Origin: an uncultured Desulfarculus sp.
Lineage (GTDB): Bacteria; Desulfobacterota; Desulfarculia; Desulfarculales; Desulfarculaceae
Direction: 5' to 3'
Assembly (NCBI GenBank): GCA_963665125.2
Contig: CAXXUK010000001.1
Span: 416,001-480,000, forward strand
Length of the DNA: 64,000 bases
A program made the position numbers and the translations under genes. Numbering within the stretch: position 1 is the stretch's first letter; each line of letters opens with the position of its first letter. Of the stretch, positions 19,285-29,723 are shown piece by piece. The notes under the pieces were generated by a model, which was given only the letters and a program-made list of their open reading frames with translations, was not told where the DNA came from and made no database searches.

Positions 19285-20148
19285 CTATTCCGGTAATGTC
19301 GGCGGTTCGGGCGGCGTGGGGTTGGCGCCGCTGATGATGTCGCTCATTCTGGTTTCAATAGCCGGGGTAATTTCCGGGTGGGTCAGGATGTAAAACTTGT
19401 CCTGTTCCACGGCCTGCATCACCGTTTCAGCCACGTCTTCGGGCTTCAAACCCATTTCCACCATTTTGCGAAAAAATTCCAGCATGGCCTGTTGTTCCGA
19501 CGGCATGACCGGTTCCGGTCCGTCGTTTTTCAGGTCCGCGGGCCGGTTTTGCGCGCTGTCCATGATGCCCGTGGCCACAAAGCCCGGACACAGCACGCTG
19601 ACGCCGATCCTGGCGCCCCGGAATTTTAGGTCGTGGTAAAGCTGTTCGGATAACCCCACAACAGCGTGTTTGCTGAGCTGATACGAGGCGCTGGGGTGAA
19701 AGGTGAGCAGGCCGGCCACGGAAGAAGTATTTACGATATGGCATTCATCGTCCTGGGCCAGCATGCGCGGCACAAAAGACCGCACGCCGTTGATGACGCC
19801 CCAGAGATTTACCCCAATGGCCCATTCCAGGTCTTTTCGGGTGTCTTCCCATAATGAAAGACCAGCCCCAACGCCGGCATTGTTTAAAAGCAATTGTACT
19901 GAACCGAATTTGTCATAAGCCGCTTGGGCCAGGGCTTCAACCTGGTCTGCTTTGGAAGTGTCGGTGGTAATTGCCAGGACGTCGGCTCCAGCCTTCCGCA
20001 GATGCCCGGCCGCCTGCTCAAGCCGTTCGCTGTTGACATCGGCCATGACTACGTTCATCTCCCGGGTAACGCAGTTGTAAGCAAGGGCCAAGCCGATACC
20101 GCTGGCCGCGCCGGTGATTACAGCGGTTTTTCCCTTAAAGTCGTGCAT
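19285..20148 (-). CDS. Short-chain dehydrogenase/reductase
   Basis: TGAASGIG, NNAG, YQLSK catalytic YxxxK, PGFVAT. Confidence 0.93.
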   Translation of the reverse strand: MHDFKGKTAVITGAASGIGLALAYNCVTREMNVVMADVNSERLEQAAGHLRKAGADVLAITTDTSKADQVEALAQAAYDKFGSVQLLLNNAGVGAGLSLWEDTRKDLEWAIGVNLWGVINGVRSFVPRMLAQDDECHIVNTSSVAGLLTFHPSASYQLSKHAVVGLSEQLYHDLKFRGARIGVSVLCPGFVATGIMDSAQNRPADLKNDGPEPVMPSEQQAMLEFFRKMVEMGLKPEDVAETVMQAVEQDKFYILTHPEITPAIETRMSDIISGANPTPPEPPTLPE

Positions 20149-20281
20149 TAATTCCCCCTAGGCGTGTTTCAACTGACAGCGCAAGTAAATTGATCGGAAT
20201 CCTAACACTTTAATCAGGGGTGGACAACGCTTGCACTGGTTTGCCGAAAGTTGATTCGGGAAAGGTTGCCTAAAAAAGAAA

Positions 20282-20305
20282 AACCGCCCGGTTTATCAGG
20301 CGGTT
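20282..20305 (-). terminator. Intrinsic terminator
   Basis: AACCGCC...GGCGGTT stem with an adjacent A-run (U-tract on the minus strand), downstream of ORF 20331..20711. Confidence 0.55.
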
Positions 20306-20330
20306 ACGGCGTGGCTTAACTTAATTGTGA

Positions 20331-20711
20331 TTATTCGGTCTTGGTCCAAGCGGGCGCGGAAAGGGTTTTGCCCTTTAACACCGTATTGGCGGTGTAAACG
20401 CCCTGCTTTTGCCAGACGCCGTTTTTATCCTTGCCGTAGACCACTCTCTTGCAAAAGCTGGATTGGGGATTTTTGGTTTTTTTGTAGGAGGCGAAGATTC
20501 CCTTGTCTTCCGTAAATTCCTGGAACATGCCTTCATATTCATCATTGGCGACATAATATTGCATGTCCTGCTCGTCCAGGTCATAGGTGCCAGTGTCACT
20601 GGAGCAGACAGCCTTGGCCACCTTCTCGGTCATGGTCGCCGCCTGGGCGGCCGGTATGGCCATTACAGCTATAAGAAGCAGGAACAACAGCGTCGCTATT
20701 TGTTTATTCAT
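20331..20711 (-). CDS. Hypothetical secreted protein
   Basis: GGAG RBS; Sec signal ending AAQA; two Cys; own terminator. Confidence 0.8.
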   Translation of the reverse strand: MNKQIATLLFLLLIAVMAIPAAQAATMTEKVAKAVCSSDTGTYDLDEQDMQYYVANDEYEGMFQEFTEDKGIFASYKKTKNPQSSFCKRVVYGKDKNGVWQKQGVYTANTVLKGKTLSAPAWTKTE

Positions 20712-21065
20712 TGTTACTCTCCAAATTGTTCATAGGGCTAATGGAAACCGCATATCATCCGGTAGGCGGCTAAATTACGTAGCTAAAAGGTAACATGGAG
20801 AGTTGGCGGTAATCATCCCAAAACTGGTTTATTACCGCCGACGTGGGACGCCAATACGGGTAAAAGGCGATCTTGGTAAAAAAAGTAAAGGGTTTTTCAT
20901 TTGAAATTAAGTGGCTTCTGACGGCGTTGGCTCGAATGTATCCAGTATACATCAACAAAAAGCTTAACTAAATTACCTGCATATGGGGTGTAGCCTACTA
21001 TTGGGGTCGCCATTGAGCCATATTTCACAATACCTTTAAAATCAGGTACTTGCATAAAAGGGGGG

Positions 21066-21095
21066 TTGACTTTTAAGAGCCGGATTCATCACAAT
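21066..21095 (+). promoter_or_regulatory. Putative sigma70 promoter of the ABC operon
   Basis: TTGACT-18 nt-CACAAT. Confidence 0.4.
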
Positions 21096-21153
21096 TTCAC
21101 AACAGGGTAGGGCTGAAAAGACTCCCAGCAATCAATACCTCGCGGGAGGAAAG

Positions 21154-21999
21154 ATGAACCACTCAAGCACCTCTGGCAGTGGCTATACCGGCTCTGTTTC
21201 CGCAAAGACGCCTATTCTGCAAGTTGATGACCTGCATCTGAGATTTGGAGGATTGGCCGCCCTGGCCGGCGTCAGTTTCGATATCGAGCCGGGCGTCATT
21301 CAGGCCATTATCGGACCCAACGGCGCGGGGAAGACCTGCATCCTCAATTGCATCTGCCGCTTCTATCATCCGCAGCACGGCAAAATCATCTTTATGGGCA
21401 AGAACATCTCCAAGGTGCCGACGCACACGGTTGCCAAGCTGGGCATTGCCCGCAGCTTCCAGAACATCGAGCTGTTCAAGGGTATGTCCGTTTTGGACAA
21501 CATCAAGCTTGGCCATCACGTGCATATGAGCAGCGGGTTTGTCTCGGGCGGCCTCTACCTGGGCAAGGCCCGGAAGGAAGAAATGCGGGTGCGCACCGAG
21601 ATCGAGGAAAAGATCATCGACCTGCTGGAAATCGAGGCCATCCGCAAAAAGACCGTGGGCACCTTGCCCTACGGCTTCCAGAAGCGTGTGGAACTGGCCC
21701 GGGCCCTGGCCATGAAGCCCAAACTGCTGCTGCTGGACGAACCCATGGCCGGCATGAACCTGGAGGAAACCGAGGACATGGCCCGCTTCATCCTGGACAT
21801 CAACCAGGAATGGGGCGTCACCGTGGTCCTCATCGAGCACGACATGGGCGTTGTCATGGACATCAGCGACAACGTCGTGGTGCTGGATTTCGGTACGAAA
21901 ATAGCCCAAGGCTCACCGGAAGAAGTTAGCAGGAATCCTCATGTGATCGAGGCTTACCTGGGAGCGGACGACGCGGCCCATTCCAAGCTGGGCGTGTAA
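21154..21999 (+). CDS. livG: HAAT/Liv-type ABC transporter ATP-binding protein (LivG-like)
   Basis: GPNGAGKT, LLLLDEPMAG, IEHDM, P.V.EAYLG. Confidence 0.9.
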   Translation: MNHSSTSGSGYTGSVSAKTPILQVDDLHLRFGGLAALAGVSFDIEPGVIQAIIGPNGAGKTCILNCICRFYHPQHGKIIFMGKNISKVPTHTVAKLGIARSFQNIELFKGMSVLDNIKLGHHVHMSSGFVSGGLYLGKARKEEMRVRTEIEEKIIDLLEIEAIRKKTVGTLPYGFQKRVELARALAMKPKLLLLDEPMAGMNLEETEDMARFILDINQEWGVTVVLIEHDMGVVMDISDNVVVLDFGTKIAQGSPEEVSRNPHVIEAYLGADDAAHSKLGV

Positions 22000-22019
22000 C
22001 CTCAGGCGGAGAAGAACTG

Positions 22020-24035
22020 TTGGCACTCACCTATGTCAAGGCTAAGGAGCCGGGCGCCGATATTCAAGGGGCCACCATGCCGGAACTGTTAAGGCGCAAC
22101 GCCGAAAGGTTCGGTGACGAAAGAGTGGCCCTGCGGGAAAAGGAATTCGGCATCTGGCAGTCGGTGACCTGGCGCGGTTATTACCAGCACGTCAAATACC
22201 TGGCCCTGGGTTTGGCTTCGTTGGGTTTTCAAGACAACGACGCCTTGGCCATCATCGGCGACAACCGGCCGGAATGGGTTTATGCCGAACTGGCGGCCCA
22301 GAGCCTCAAAGGCAGGCCCCTGGGCATCTATCAGGATTCCATCCTCACCGAGGTGGCCTATGTCATAGACCACTCGGACGCCTCGTATGTCGTGGCCGAG
22401 GACCAGGAGCAGGTCGACAAGGTCCTGGACATGATCGCTGATCTGCCCAAGGTCAAAAAGATCATCTACACCGACCCCAAGGGCATGCGCGGCTACAACG
22501 ACGAGCGCCTGATATTTTTCGACGATGTGGAGGAGTTGGGCCGCAAGTTCGAGTTGCAGAACAACCTCTACTTTGAGCGCTCCATCGACCGGCTGCGCTC
22601 CGAGGACATCGCCCTGATCGCCTACACCTCGGGCACCACCGGGTTCCCCAAGGGTTCGCTTTTAACCCATTCCAACATGCTCAAGATGGCCCTGAACCTG
22701 CATGGCGTGGACCCCAAACGGCCCGAGGACGAGTTCGTATCGTTTCTGCCGCTGCCCTGGATCGGCGAGCAGATGATGAGCGTCAGCTCGGCCCTGGCCA
22801 TCGGCTTTACGGTGAATTTCCCCGAGGAGCCGGACACGGCCATGGCCGATCTCTACGATATAGGGCCCAATGTGGTGTTCTCGCCGCCCCGGGTCTGGGA
22901 GCAGCTTGCCCGCTCGGTGATCGTCCGGCATATGGACGCCTCGTGGCTCAAGCGTTTTATCTACCGGTTGTGCATGCCCATCGGCTACCAGATGGCCGAC
23001 TTCCATTTTGAGAAAAAGACGCCTTCCTTTGGCTGGCGCGTCCTCTACAGTCTTAGCTGGATCATGCTCTTCCGGGCCCTCAAGGACCGGCTGGGCTTTT
23101 CCAATATCCGCAGCGCCTCCACCGGCGGTGCGGCCCTGGGCCCGGACGTGTTCCGCTTCTTCCATGCCTGCGGCGTCAAACTCAAGCAGATCTACGGCCA
23201 GACCGAGATCAGCGGCATCAGCTGCATCCACCGCGAAGACGCCGTGGACTTTACCTCGGTGGGCGAGCCCATCCCCGAGACCGAGGTGCTGATCCACGAC
23301 CCCGACCCCGAAGGCGTGGGCGAGATCGTCAGCAAGTCCCCGGCCTTGTTTGTCGGTTACCTGAAAAACGACAAGGCCACCGCCGAGACGATCCTTGATG
23401 GCTGGTTGCATTCCGGCGATGCGGGATACCTGACTGAAAAAGGCCAACTGGTATGCATCGACCGCGTCAAGGACTTGATGCGCTTGACCAGCGGGGCGCG
23501 GTTTTCGCCCATGTTCATCGAAAACAAGCTCAAGTTCTGCCCCTATATCATCGAATGCTGCGTGTTGGGCCATGATCGCGACTATGTCACGGCGCTGATC
23601 TGCATCGACTACAAGCATACCGGCAAGTGGGCCGAGGAAAAGCGGCTCAACTACACCACCTACACCGACCTGGCCAGCAAGAGCGAGGTCTACGAACTGA
23701 TCGAAAAAGAAGTGGTGCGGGTCAACCGGTCCCTGCCGGATGCCGCCCGCATTGACAAATTTTTGCTGCTTTACAAGGAGTTCGACCCCGATGACGGCGA
23801 ATTGACCCGTACGCGCAAGCTGCGCCGCCGGTTCATCGCCGAGCGTTACGGCGATGAAATCGAGGCCCTTTATAAGGATGTGGATTCGGTTCACGTGGAG
23901 AGCGAGATTCAGTACCAGGACGGCAAGACGGCGACCATCATCACCGACCTGCATATCCGCAAGCTCAAGCCCCTGGATCAATACGCTTTGGAGGCTGAAC
24001 GCAAATGGTGGCAGTTCTGGAAGCCGGTGCACTAA
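22020..24035 (+). CDS. Long-chain fatty acid-CoA ligase embedded in the ABC operon
   Basis: ALREKEFGIW, YTSGTTGFPKG, YGQTE, LHSGDAG, GELTRTRK. Confidence 0.92.
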   Translation: MALTYVKAKEPGADIQGATMPELLRRNAERFGDERVALREKEFGIWQSVTWRGYYQHVKYLALGLASLGFQDNDALAIIGDNRPEWVYAELAAQSLKGRPLGIYQDSILTEVAYVIDHSDASYVVAEDQEQVDKVLDMIADLPKVKKIIYTDPKGMRGYNDERLIFFDDVEELGRKFELQNNLYFERSIDRLRSEDIALIAYTSGTTGFPKGSLLTHSNMLKMALNLHGVDPKRPEDEFVSFLPLPWIGEQMMSVSSALAIGFTVNFPEEPDTAMADLYDIGPNVVFSPPRVWEQLARSVIVRHMDASWLKRFIYRLCMPIGYQMADFHFEKKTPSFGWRVLYSLSWIMLFRALKDRLGFSNIRSASTGGAALGPDVFRFFHACGVKLKQIYGQTEISGISCIHREDAVDFTSVGEPIPETEVLIHDPDPEGVGEIVSKSPALFVGYLKNDKATAETILDGWLHSGDAGYLTEKGQLVCIDRVKDLMRLTSGARFSPMFIENKLKFCPYIIECCVLGHDRDYVTALICIDYKHTGKWAEEKRLNYTTYTDLASKSEVYELIEKEVVRVNRSLPDAARIDKFLLLYKEFDPDDGELTRTRKLRRRFIAERYGDEIEALYKDVDSVHVESEIQYQDGKTATIITDLHIRKLKPLDQYALEAERKWWQFWKPVH

Positions 24036-24055
24036 TTGGAGGCTAGGAGCGAATC

Positions 24056-25057
24056 ATGGAAATGATACTTAGTCTGGCCATCACCGGACTGGCCATAGGC
24101 AGCGTCTACGCCCTGGTGGCCATGGGTTTCGCCCTAATCTATAAATCCACCAGCATCATCAACTTCGCCCAGGGAGAGTTCGTGCTGGTGGGCGGTTATG
24201 TGGCCCTGTGGCTCTACACCGACATCCGCCACCTGGTGTTCACGGTCATCGGGGCGGCCTATCCGGACATCTTCACGATCATGCCCGAAGCGTGGTTGCA
24301 GATCCTGGTGGTGGTCATCGCCTTCAGCCTGACCATTGTCGCCGGCGTGCTGATGGTCTTGATCCTGGAGCGGCTGATTCTGAGGCCCATGATCGGCGAG
24401 CCCATCATCAGCGTTATCATGGTCACCATCGCCCTGGCTACGGTCCTCAAGGGCCTGGTCATGCTGATCTGGGAGACCCAGATCCGCAACTTCAACCCGC
24501 CGATCTTCGAGCGGGCTGGCCTGGACCTGGGGGTTATCAAATTGCCTTCGGTCTATCTGTGGATATTCATTTTCGCGGCCATATTCCTGATCACCTTTGC
24601 CCTGTTCTTCAAGTTCACCAGGGTCGGCGTGTCCATGCGGGCCGTGGCGGCAGACCAGCAGGTGTCGCAATCCATGGGCATCAGCGTCAAATCCGTCTTC
24701 GCCATAAGCTGGTCCATCGGCGCGGTGGTGGCAATGGTCGGCGGCATGCTGGTGGGCAACATCAACGGCGTGAACATCGACCTGAGTCACTTCGGCCTCA
24801 CGGTGTTCCCGGCAGTGATTTTGGGAGGCCTTGAATCGGTGGGCGGAGCCATCATCGGCGGGCTGGCCATCGGCCTGATCCAATATCTGGGCCCGGAGTT
24901 TGTAGGCTGGTGCATCCGGCTGTGGAACGGCGCGTTCGGCACGTCCTTCCCCATGCCCGGCAACCTTGAGGCGGTGCTTCCGTTTGTGGTGCTGATAGCC
25001 ATTTTGATGATCAAGCCCTATGGTCTGTTCGGCATCAAGGAGATCGAACGAGTCTAG
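24056..25057 (+). CDS. livH: Liv-type ABC permease (LivH-like)
   Basis: G..YALVAMGF.LIY.....INFAQG, TRVG..MRAVA, VILGGL.S..GA. Confidence 0.9.
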   Translation: MEMILSLAITGLAIGSVYALVAMGFALIYKSTSIINFAQGEFVLVGGYVALWLYTDIRHLVFTVIGAAYPDIFTIMPEAWLQILVVVIAFSLTIVAGVLMVLILERLILRPMIGEPIISVIMVTIALATVLKGLVMLIWETQIRNFNPPIFERAGLDLGVIKLPSVYLWIFIFAAIFLITFALFFKFTRVGVSMRAVAADQQVSQSMGISVKSVFAISWSIGAVVAMVGGMLVGNINGVNIDLSHFGLTVFPAVILGGLESVGGAIIGGLAIGLIQYLGPEFVGWCIRLWNGAFGTSFPMPGNLEAVLPFVVLIAILMIKPYGLFGIKEIERV

Positions 25058-25075
25058 GCTGGAGGGAGAGGCCAA

Positions 25076-26128
25076 ATGCCCTGCGGATTGTTTTTCGAGA
25101 CCTACGAAAAAGACGAGGCCATTTTCCAAACCACTTGGCTCAAGTGCTGGATGGCCGCCTTTGCCGTGTTGATGTTGTCTTTTCCGTTGTATTCCGATTG
25201 GCTCAGCGAGTTGACGAACCTGTATTGGATCGGCATCATGACCCACATCTTCATCTTTATCCTGGGAGCCCAGGGCCTCAACCTGCTCACGGGATTCACG
25301 GGTCAGATATCGCTGGGACATGGCGCGTTCATGGCCGTGGGGGCCTTCACCACCGGCCTGGTGTCCATGACCCTGGGTTGGCCGTTCCTGTTGGCCCTTT
25401 TGGCTGGCGGGCTGATGACCGCGGCGCTGGGCATGGTCTTCGGCATACCGTCCCTGCGCCTGCGGGGACTGTACCTGGCCATCGCCACCCTGGCCGCCCA
25501 GATCATCATAATTTGGCTGCTCAGGAGCATCTTCCAGGCCGGCGCTGTGGAGGTCGATGACGCCACCATCTTCGGCTTCGCTTTTGACACAGACATCAAA
25601 AAGTATTACCTGTGCCTGTTTTTCGCGGCCCTGGGTACGATGTACCTGAAAAATCTGACCCGCACCCGCACGGGACGGGCCTTCGTGGCCGTGCGCGACC
25701 GCTATTTGAGCGCCGAGGTCATCGGCGTGAACCTGTTCAAATACCGCATCCTCAGCTTTGCCATCAGCTCGTTCATGGTCGGCGTGGCCGGCGGGCTTTG
25801 GGCCTTTACCGAAAACGCGGTCACCGACGAGGCCTTCGGCGTGATGCTCAGCATCAAGTATCTGGCCTTCATCATCGTCGGCGGCCTGGGGCATGTCACC
25901 GGAGCCATTTTCGGTGTTACTTTCCTGGAGCTTCTGCACTGGCTCCTGGAGGTGCCCACCGACGCATTGTCGAACATTTTCCCCAACATCTTCGAAAAGC
26001 TGGCCAGCCTGCGGGAGGTGTTCTTCGGCATGATCGTGGTGATGTTCCTGATCTTCGAGCCCGACGGCCTCAGTGCCCGATGGCACACGATCAGGTCTTA
26101 TTGGAAGTTATGGCCCTTCTCTTACTGA
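25076..26128 (+). CDS. livM: Liv-type ABC permease (LivM-like)
   Basis: GLNLLTG.TGQISLGH, LRLRGLYLAIATLA, GRAF.AVRD. Confidence 0.9.
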   Translation: MPCGLFFETYEKDEAIFQTTWLKCWMAAFAVLMLSFPLYSDWLSELTNLYWIGIMTHIFIFILGAQGLNLLTGFTGQISLGHGAFMAVGAFTTGLVSMTLGWPFLLALLAGGLMTAALGMVFGIPSLRLRGLYLAIATLAAQIIIIWLLRSIFQAGAVEVDDATIFGFAFDTDIKKYYLCLFFAALGTMYLKNLTRTRTGRAFVAVRDRYLSAEVIGVNLFKYRILSFAISSFMVGVAGGLWAFTENAVTDEAFGVMLSIKYLAFIIVGGLGHVTGAIFGVTFLELLHWLLEVPTDALSNIFPNIFEKLASLREVFFGMIVVMFLIFEPDGLSARWHTIRSYWKLWPFSY

Positions 26129-26299
26129 GAATGGCCCGGGATACCCGTCTGGCGCAAAAACGTCTTTGATCATGCGCACCCTGCCAGGCATGGATTGCCG
26201 CCCAATGGGCGGTGAAAATAGACCGTGAGTCTACGCCGGCGCCCCAAGCAAGCGCCGGTATGGTCGAGACGGCCGAACAATTCAAGGGAGACGGAAATT

Positions 26300-27466
26300 A
26301 TGAGAAAACTGACCCTCATCGTGGCGCTATTGGCGGCAGCCTGCCTGGTGGCGGCCCCAGCTGTAATGGCCAAGGACATAAAAGTCGGCGGCATCTTCGA
26401 CATCACCGGTCCCACATCAAAAGTCGGCGCCGACTATGCTCAAGGCGTCCGGGCGGCCTGCGACTATGTCAACTCCAAGGGCGGCATCGACGGCATGAAG
26501 CTGGACCTGGAAAGCGCGGACTACGCCTATGCCATTCCCAAGGCCCTGAACCTGTACAAGAAATACGTCAATGTCGGCAAGGCCTTTATCATCCAGGGCT
26601 GGGGCACCGGCGACACCAACGCCTTGACGCCCAAGCTCAAGAAGGACAAGGTCATCTACATGAGCGCCAGCTATGACGCCAATTTGACCGACCCCAAGAC
26701 CAACCCCTACAACTTCTTCATCGGCACCGACTACAGCACGTCGATCCGTCTGGCCATGCAGTTCGCCAAGGACAGCGGGGCCAAGAAGGTGGTCTTCTGC
26801 TACCCTGACCACCCCTATGGCCGGGCTCCCATCGCCTCGGGCAAGGAATACGCCAAGGAACTGGGCCTGGAGATCGGCCCGGACGAGTTGGTGGATCTCA
26901 AGGCCACCGACGCCACTCAGCAGCTTCTGCGCATGAAGCAGTTCAACCCGGACTTTGTCTGGATCGGCGGCACCACGCCTTCGGCGGCGGTGATCTTAAA
27001 GGGCGCGGCCACCAACCTGCCCGACGCCAAGTTCGTCATCAATTGCTGGGGCTTTGACTCCAACCTGCCCAAGCTGGCCCAGGGCGCCGCAGAGGGCCGG
27101 GCCTTCGGCATTCTGCCCGTGGTGCCTTACGGCTGGGACGTGCCGGGCATGAAGGACATCCTGGCCTGGACCAAGGGCGAGCCCCATACCCTGCACTTTG
27201 TCAAGGGATGGGTCTCGGTGCTGGTCATGGCCGAGGGCCTCAAGAAGGCCAAGGCCGCCGGCAAGCTGGGCGGGCCCGAACTCAAGGCCGCCCTTGAGAC
27301 GCTTACCGACTTCGCGACCGGTGGCCTGTGCTACCCCATCACCTACACCCCCTCGGACCACCGGCCCAACACCACTTGCATGCTCGGCGGCATCAAGGAC
27401 GGTAAGGTCGTGGTCGTGGCCGACAAGGTGACCATGCCGCGCATGGACAAGTACATCGGCAAGTAG
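26300..27466 (+). CDS. Liv-type ABC periplasmic substrate-binding protein
   Basis: Signal peptide, IKVG...DITGP, N.KGGI.G; start re-called at ATG 26300 after GGGAG. Confidence 0.9.
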   Translation: MRKLTLIVALLAAACLVAAPAVMAKDIKVGGIFDITGPTSKVGADYAQGVRAACDYVNSKGGIDGMKLDLESADYAYAIPKALNLYKKYVNVGKAFIIQGWGTGDTNALTPKLKKDKVIYMSASYDANLTDPKTNPYNFFIGTDYSTSIRLAMQFAKDSGAKKVVFCYPDHPYGRAPIASGKEYAKELGLEIGPDELVDLKATDATQQLLRMKQFNPDFVWIGGTTPSAAVILKGAATNLPDAKFVINCWGFDSNLPKLAQGAAEGRAFGILPVVPYGWDVPGMKDILAWTKGEPHTLHFVKGWVSVLVMAEGLKKAKAAGKLGGPELKAALETLTDFATGGLCYPITYTPSDHRPNTTCMLGGIKDGKVVVVADKVTMPRMDKYIGK

Positions 27467-27526
27467 TGATTAGCTGGCGGGGGCCTTTGCGGGCCTCCGC
27501 CCTTGTTCAGCATAAAGGGGACGTCA

Positions 27527-28330
27527 ATGCCGCTGCTGTCAGTCAACAACATCGAAGTCATCTACGATGATGTGATCCTGGTGCTCAAGGGCCTGTCGCT
27601 GGATGTGGAAAAGGGCTCCATTGTGGCGCTGTTGGGGGCCAACGGCGCGGGCAAGACCACCACCCTAAAGGCCATCAGCGGCCTGCTCAAGACGGAAGAA
27701 GGCGAGGTCACCGATGGAACCATCACCTTTGACGACGAGCAGATCAATGGCATGGAGCCGGAAAAGATCGTCCGCAAGGGCATCTTCCAGGTAATGGAGG
27801 GCCGCAGGGTCTTTGTAGACCTGACGGCCAAGGAAAACCTCATCGCCGCGGCCCACACCCAGAAATGCTCCCGGGGCGAGTTGGAAGACCGTATAAACCA
27901 GGTCTACAAGTATTTCCCCCGGCTCAAGGAACGGGAAAACGGCTTGGCGGGCTACTTGTCCGGCGGCGAGCAGCAGATGCTGGTCATCGGCAGGGGCATG
28001 ATGGCCCGGCCCAAACTGATGATGCTAGACGAGCCCAGCCTGGGCCTGTCGCCGCTGTTGGTCAGCGAGATATTCGAGATCATCGTGCGCCTCAACCGCG
28101 AGATCGGCACCACCATTCTGCTGGTGGAGCAGAACGCCCGTATGGCCCTGAATATAGCCGACCACGGCTATATCATGGAAAATGGCAAGATCGTCCTGGA
28201 CGACACTACTGAAAAACTGAAAAACAACGAAGACGTCAAGCGCTTCTACCTGGGCATCGGTGAAGGCGGCAAGAAACGCTCCTACCGCGATGTGAAGCAC
28301 TACAAGCGCCGCAAGCGCTGGCTGACCTAG
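27527..28330 (+). CDS. livF: Liv-type ABC ATP-binding protein (LivF-like)
   Basis: GANGAGKT, LSGGEQQM, LDEPSLGL, VEQNA. Confidence 0.9.
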   Translation: MPLLSVNNIEVIYDDVILVLKGLSLDVEKGSIVALLGANGAGKTTTLKAISGLLKTEEGEVTDGTITFDDEQINGMEPEKIVRKGIFQVMEGRRVFVDLTAKENLIAAAHTQKCSRGELEDRINQVYKYFPRLKERENGLAGYLSGGEQQMLVIGRGMMARPKLMMLDEPSLGLSPLLVSEIFEIIVRLNREIGTTILLVEQNARMALNIADHGYIMENGKIVLDDTTEKLKNNEDVKRFYLGIGEGGKKRSYRDVKHYKRRKRWLT

Positions 28331-28357
28331 CACTCCACCACCTGTTTGGAGATTGTG

Positions 28358-29635
28358 ATGACCGCTGTAGACCGCAAGTCCGGCTATCTGGAACACGAAC
28401 TTGAGACCATGGATCCCCAGGCCCGGAGGGAGGCTCAAGACAAGGCCGTGGCCGATATCGTGGCCCATGCCTATGCCAACGCCCCGGCATTCACCAAGCG
28501 GATGAATGACGCGGGGCTTTTGCCCGGCGATGTACGCTCCATAAGCGATCTGCAAAAGCTGCCGGTGATCCAAAAGTCCGAACTGGTGGAGCTTCAAAAG
28601 AAAAACCTGCCCTTTGGCGGGCTCAACGGCGAGCCCATCGAAACAATGCGGCGCATCTACATTTCGCCGGGGCCCATCTATGAACCGGGCGAGAACAATT
28701 TTGACGACAACCGCTGGGCCCAGGCCTTTTTCGCCGCCGGTTTCCGGGCCGGGGACATTTGCCAGGTCACCTTCAACTTCAACATGGTGCCTTTCGCCTT
28801 TTGGCTGGACGACTGCCTGAACATGATCGGCTGCAAGAGCGTGCCCACCGGCGTGGGCAACACCGAATTGCAGGTGCAGATCATGAAGGACCTGCAGGTG
28901 TCGGGCTATTTGGGCACGCCGTCTTTTCTGGCGGCCGTTGCCGAAAAGGCCGAGGCCATGGGTATCGACACGCGTAAGGACTTGAATTTGCAAGCCGGAT
29001 TCGTGGCCGCCGAAATGCTGCCCGAGAGCTTGCGGGCCGATCTGGAAGACCGCTTCGGCATGGTCATCCGTCAGAGCTACGGCACGGCCGACGTGGGCTG
29101 CCTGAGCTATGAATGCTTTGAGATGGGCGGCATGCACTATGCCCAGAACTGCGTGATGGAGATCGTCGATCCGGAGACAGGCAAGCAGCTGGGGCCCGGC
29201 GAGCCCGGCGAGGTCGTTGCCACGGTGTTCAACAAGGCCTATCCGCTGATCCGCTTCGGCACCGGCGACCTGAGCGCCTATGAGCAAGGGACCTGCGCCT
29301 GCGGCCGCACCAGCGCCAAGCTGACCCGGATCATGGGCCGGGTGGACCAGGTGACCAAGATCAAGGGCATGTTCGTGCACCCCGGCGGCGTCAAACAGGT
29401 GGCCGACCATTTCCCCGAGGTGGCGGCTTATCAACTGTTGGTTGAACGGGACGGCCACAAGGACGTGATGACCCTGGTCTGCGAGTTGGCCGGGGGCGGC
29501 GCGGCGGACTTGGGCGCGCGCATGGAAGCGACCATGAAGGACGTGCTGCGGGTCAGCGGCGGGGTCAGGTTCGTGGAAAGGGGCACCCTGAGCGAGGGCT
29601 GCAAGGTCATCGAAGACCGCCGCAAGTGGGACTAA
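28358..29635 (+). CDS. Phenylacetate-CoA ligase (PaaK)-family protein
   Basis: L.KLP...K.EL, YGTAD, PLIRFGTGD, GR.D...KIKGMFV.P. Confidence 0.85.
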   Translation: MTAVDRKSGYLEHELETMDPQARREAQDKAVADIVAHAYANAPAFTKRMNDAGLLPGDVRSISDLQKLPVIQKSELVELQKKNLPFGGLNGEPIETMRRIYISPGPIYEPGENNFDDNRWAQAFFAAGFRAGDICQVTFNFNMVPFAFWLDDCLNMIGCKSVPTGVGNTELQVQIMKDLQVSGYLGTPSFLAAVAEKAEAMGIDTRKDLNLQAGFVAAEMLPESLRADLEDRFGMVIRQSYGTADVGCLSYECFEMGGMHYAQNCVMEIVDPETGKQLGPGEPGEVVATVFNKAYPLIRFGTGDLSAYEQGTCACGRTSAKLTRIMGRVDQVTKIKGMFVHPGGVKQVADHFPEVAAYQLLVERDGHKDVMTLVCELAGGGAADLGARMEATMKDVLRVSGGVRFVERGTLSEGCKVIEDRRKWD

Positions 29636-29723
29636 ACACTCGATAAAATAAGCCGTCCTTGGCCCGGCGCGCCACTGGTGGTATGGTTGGAGCCTACTGA
29701 AATCACATCAGCGCGAGATAGCC

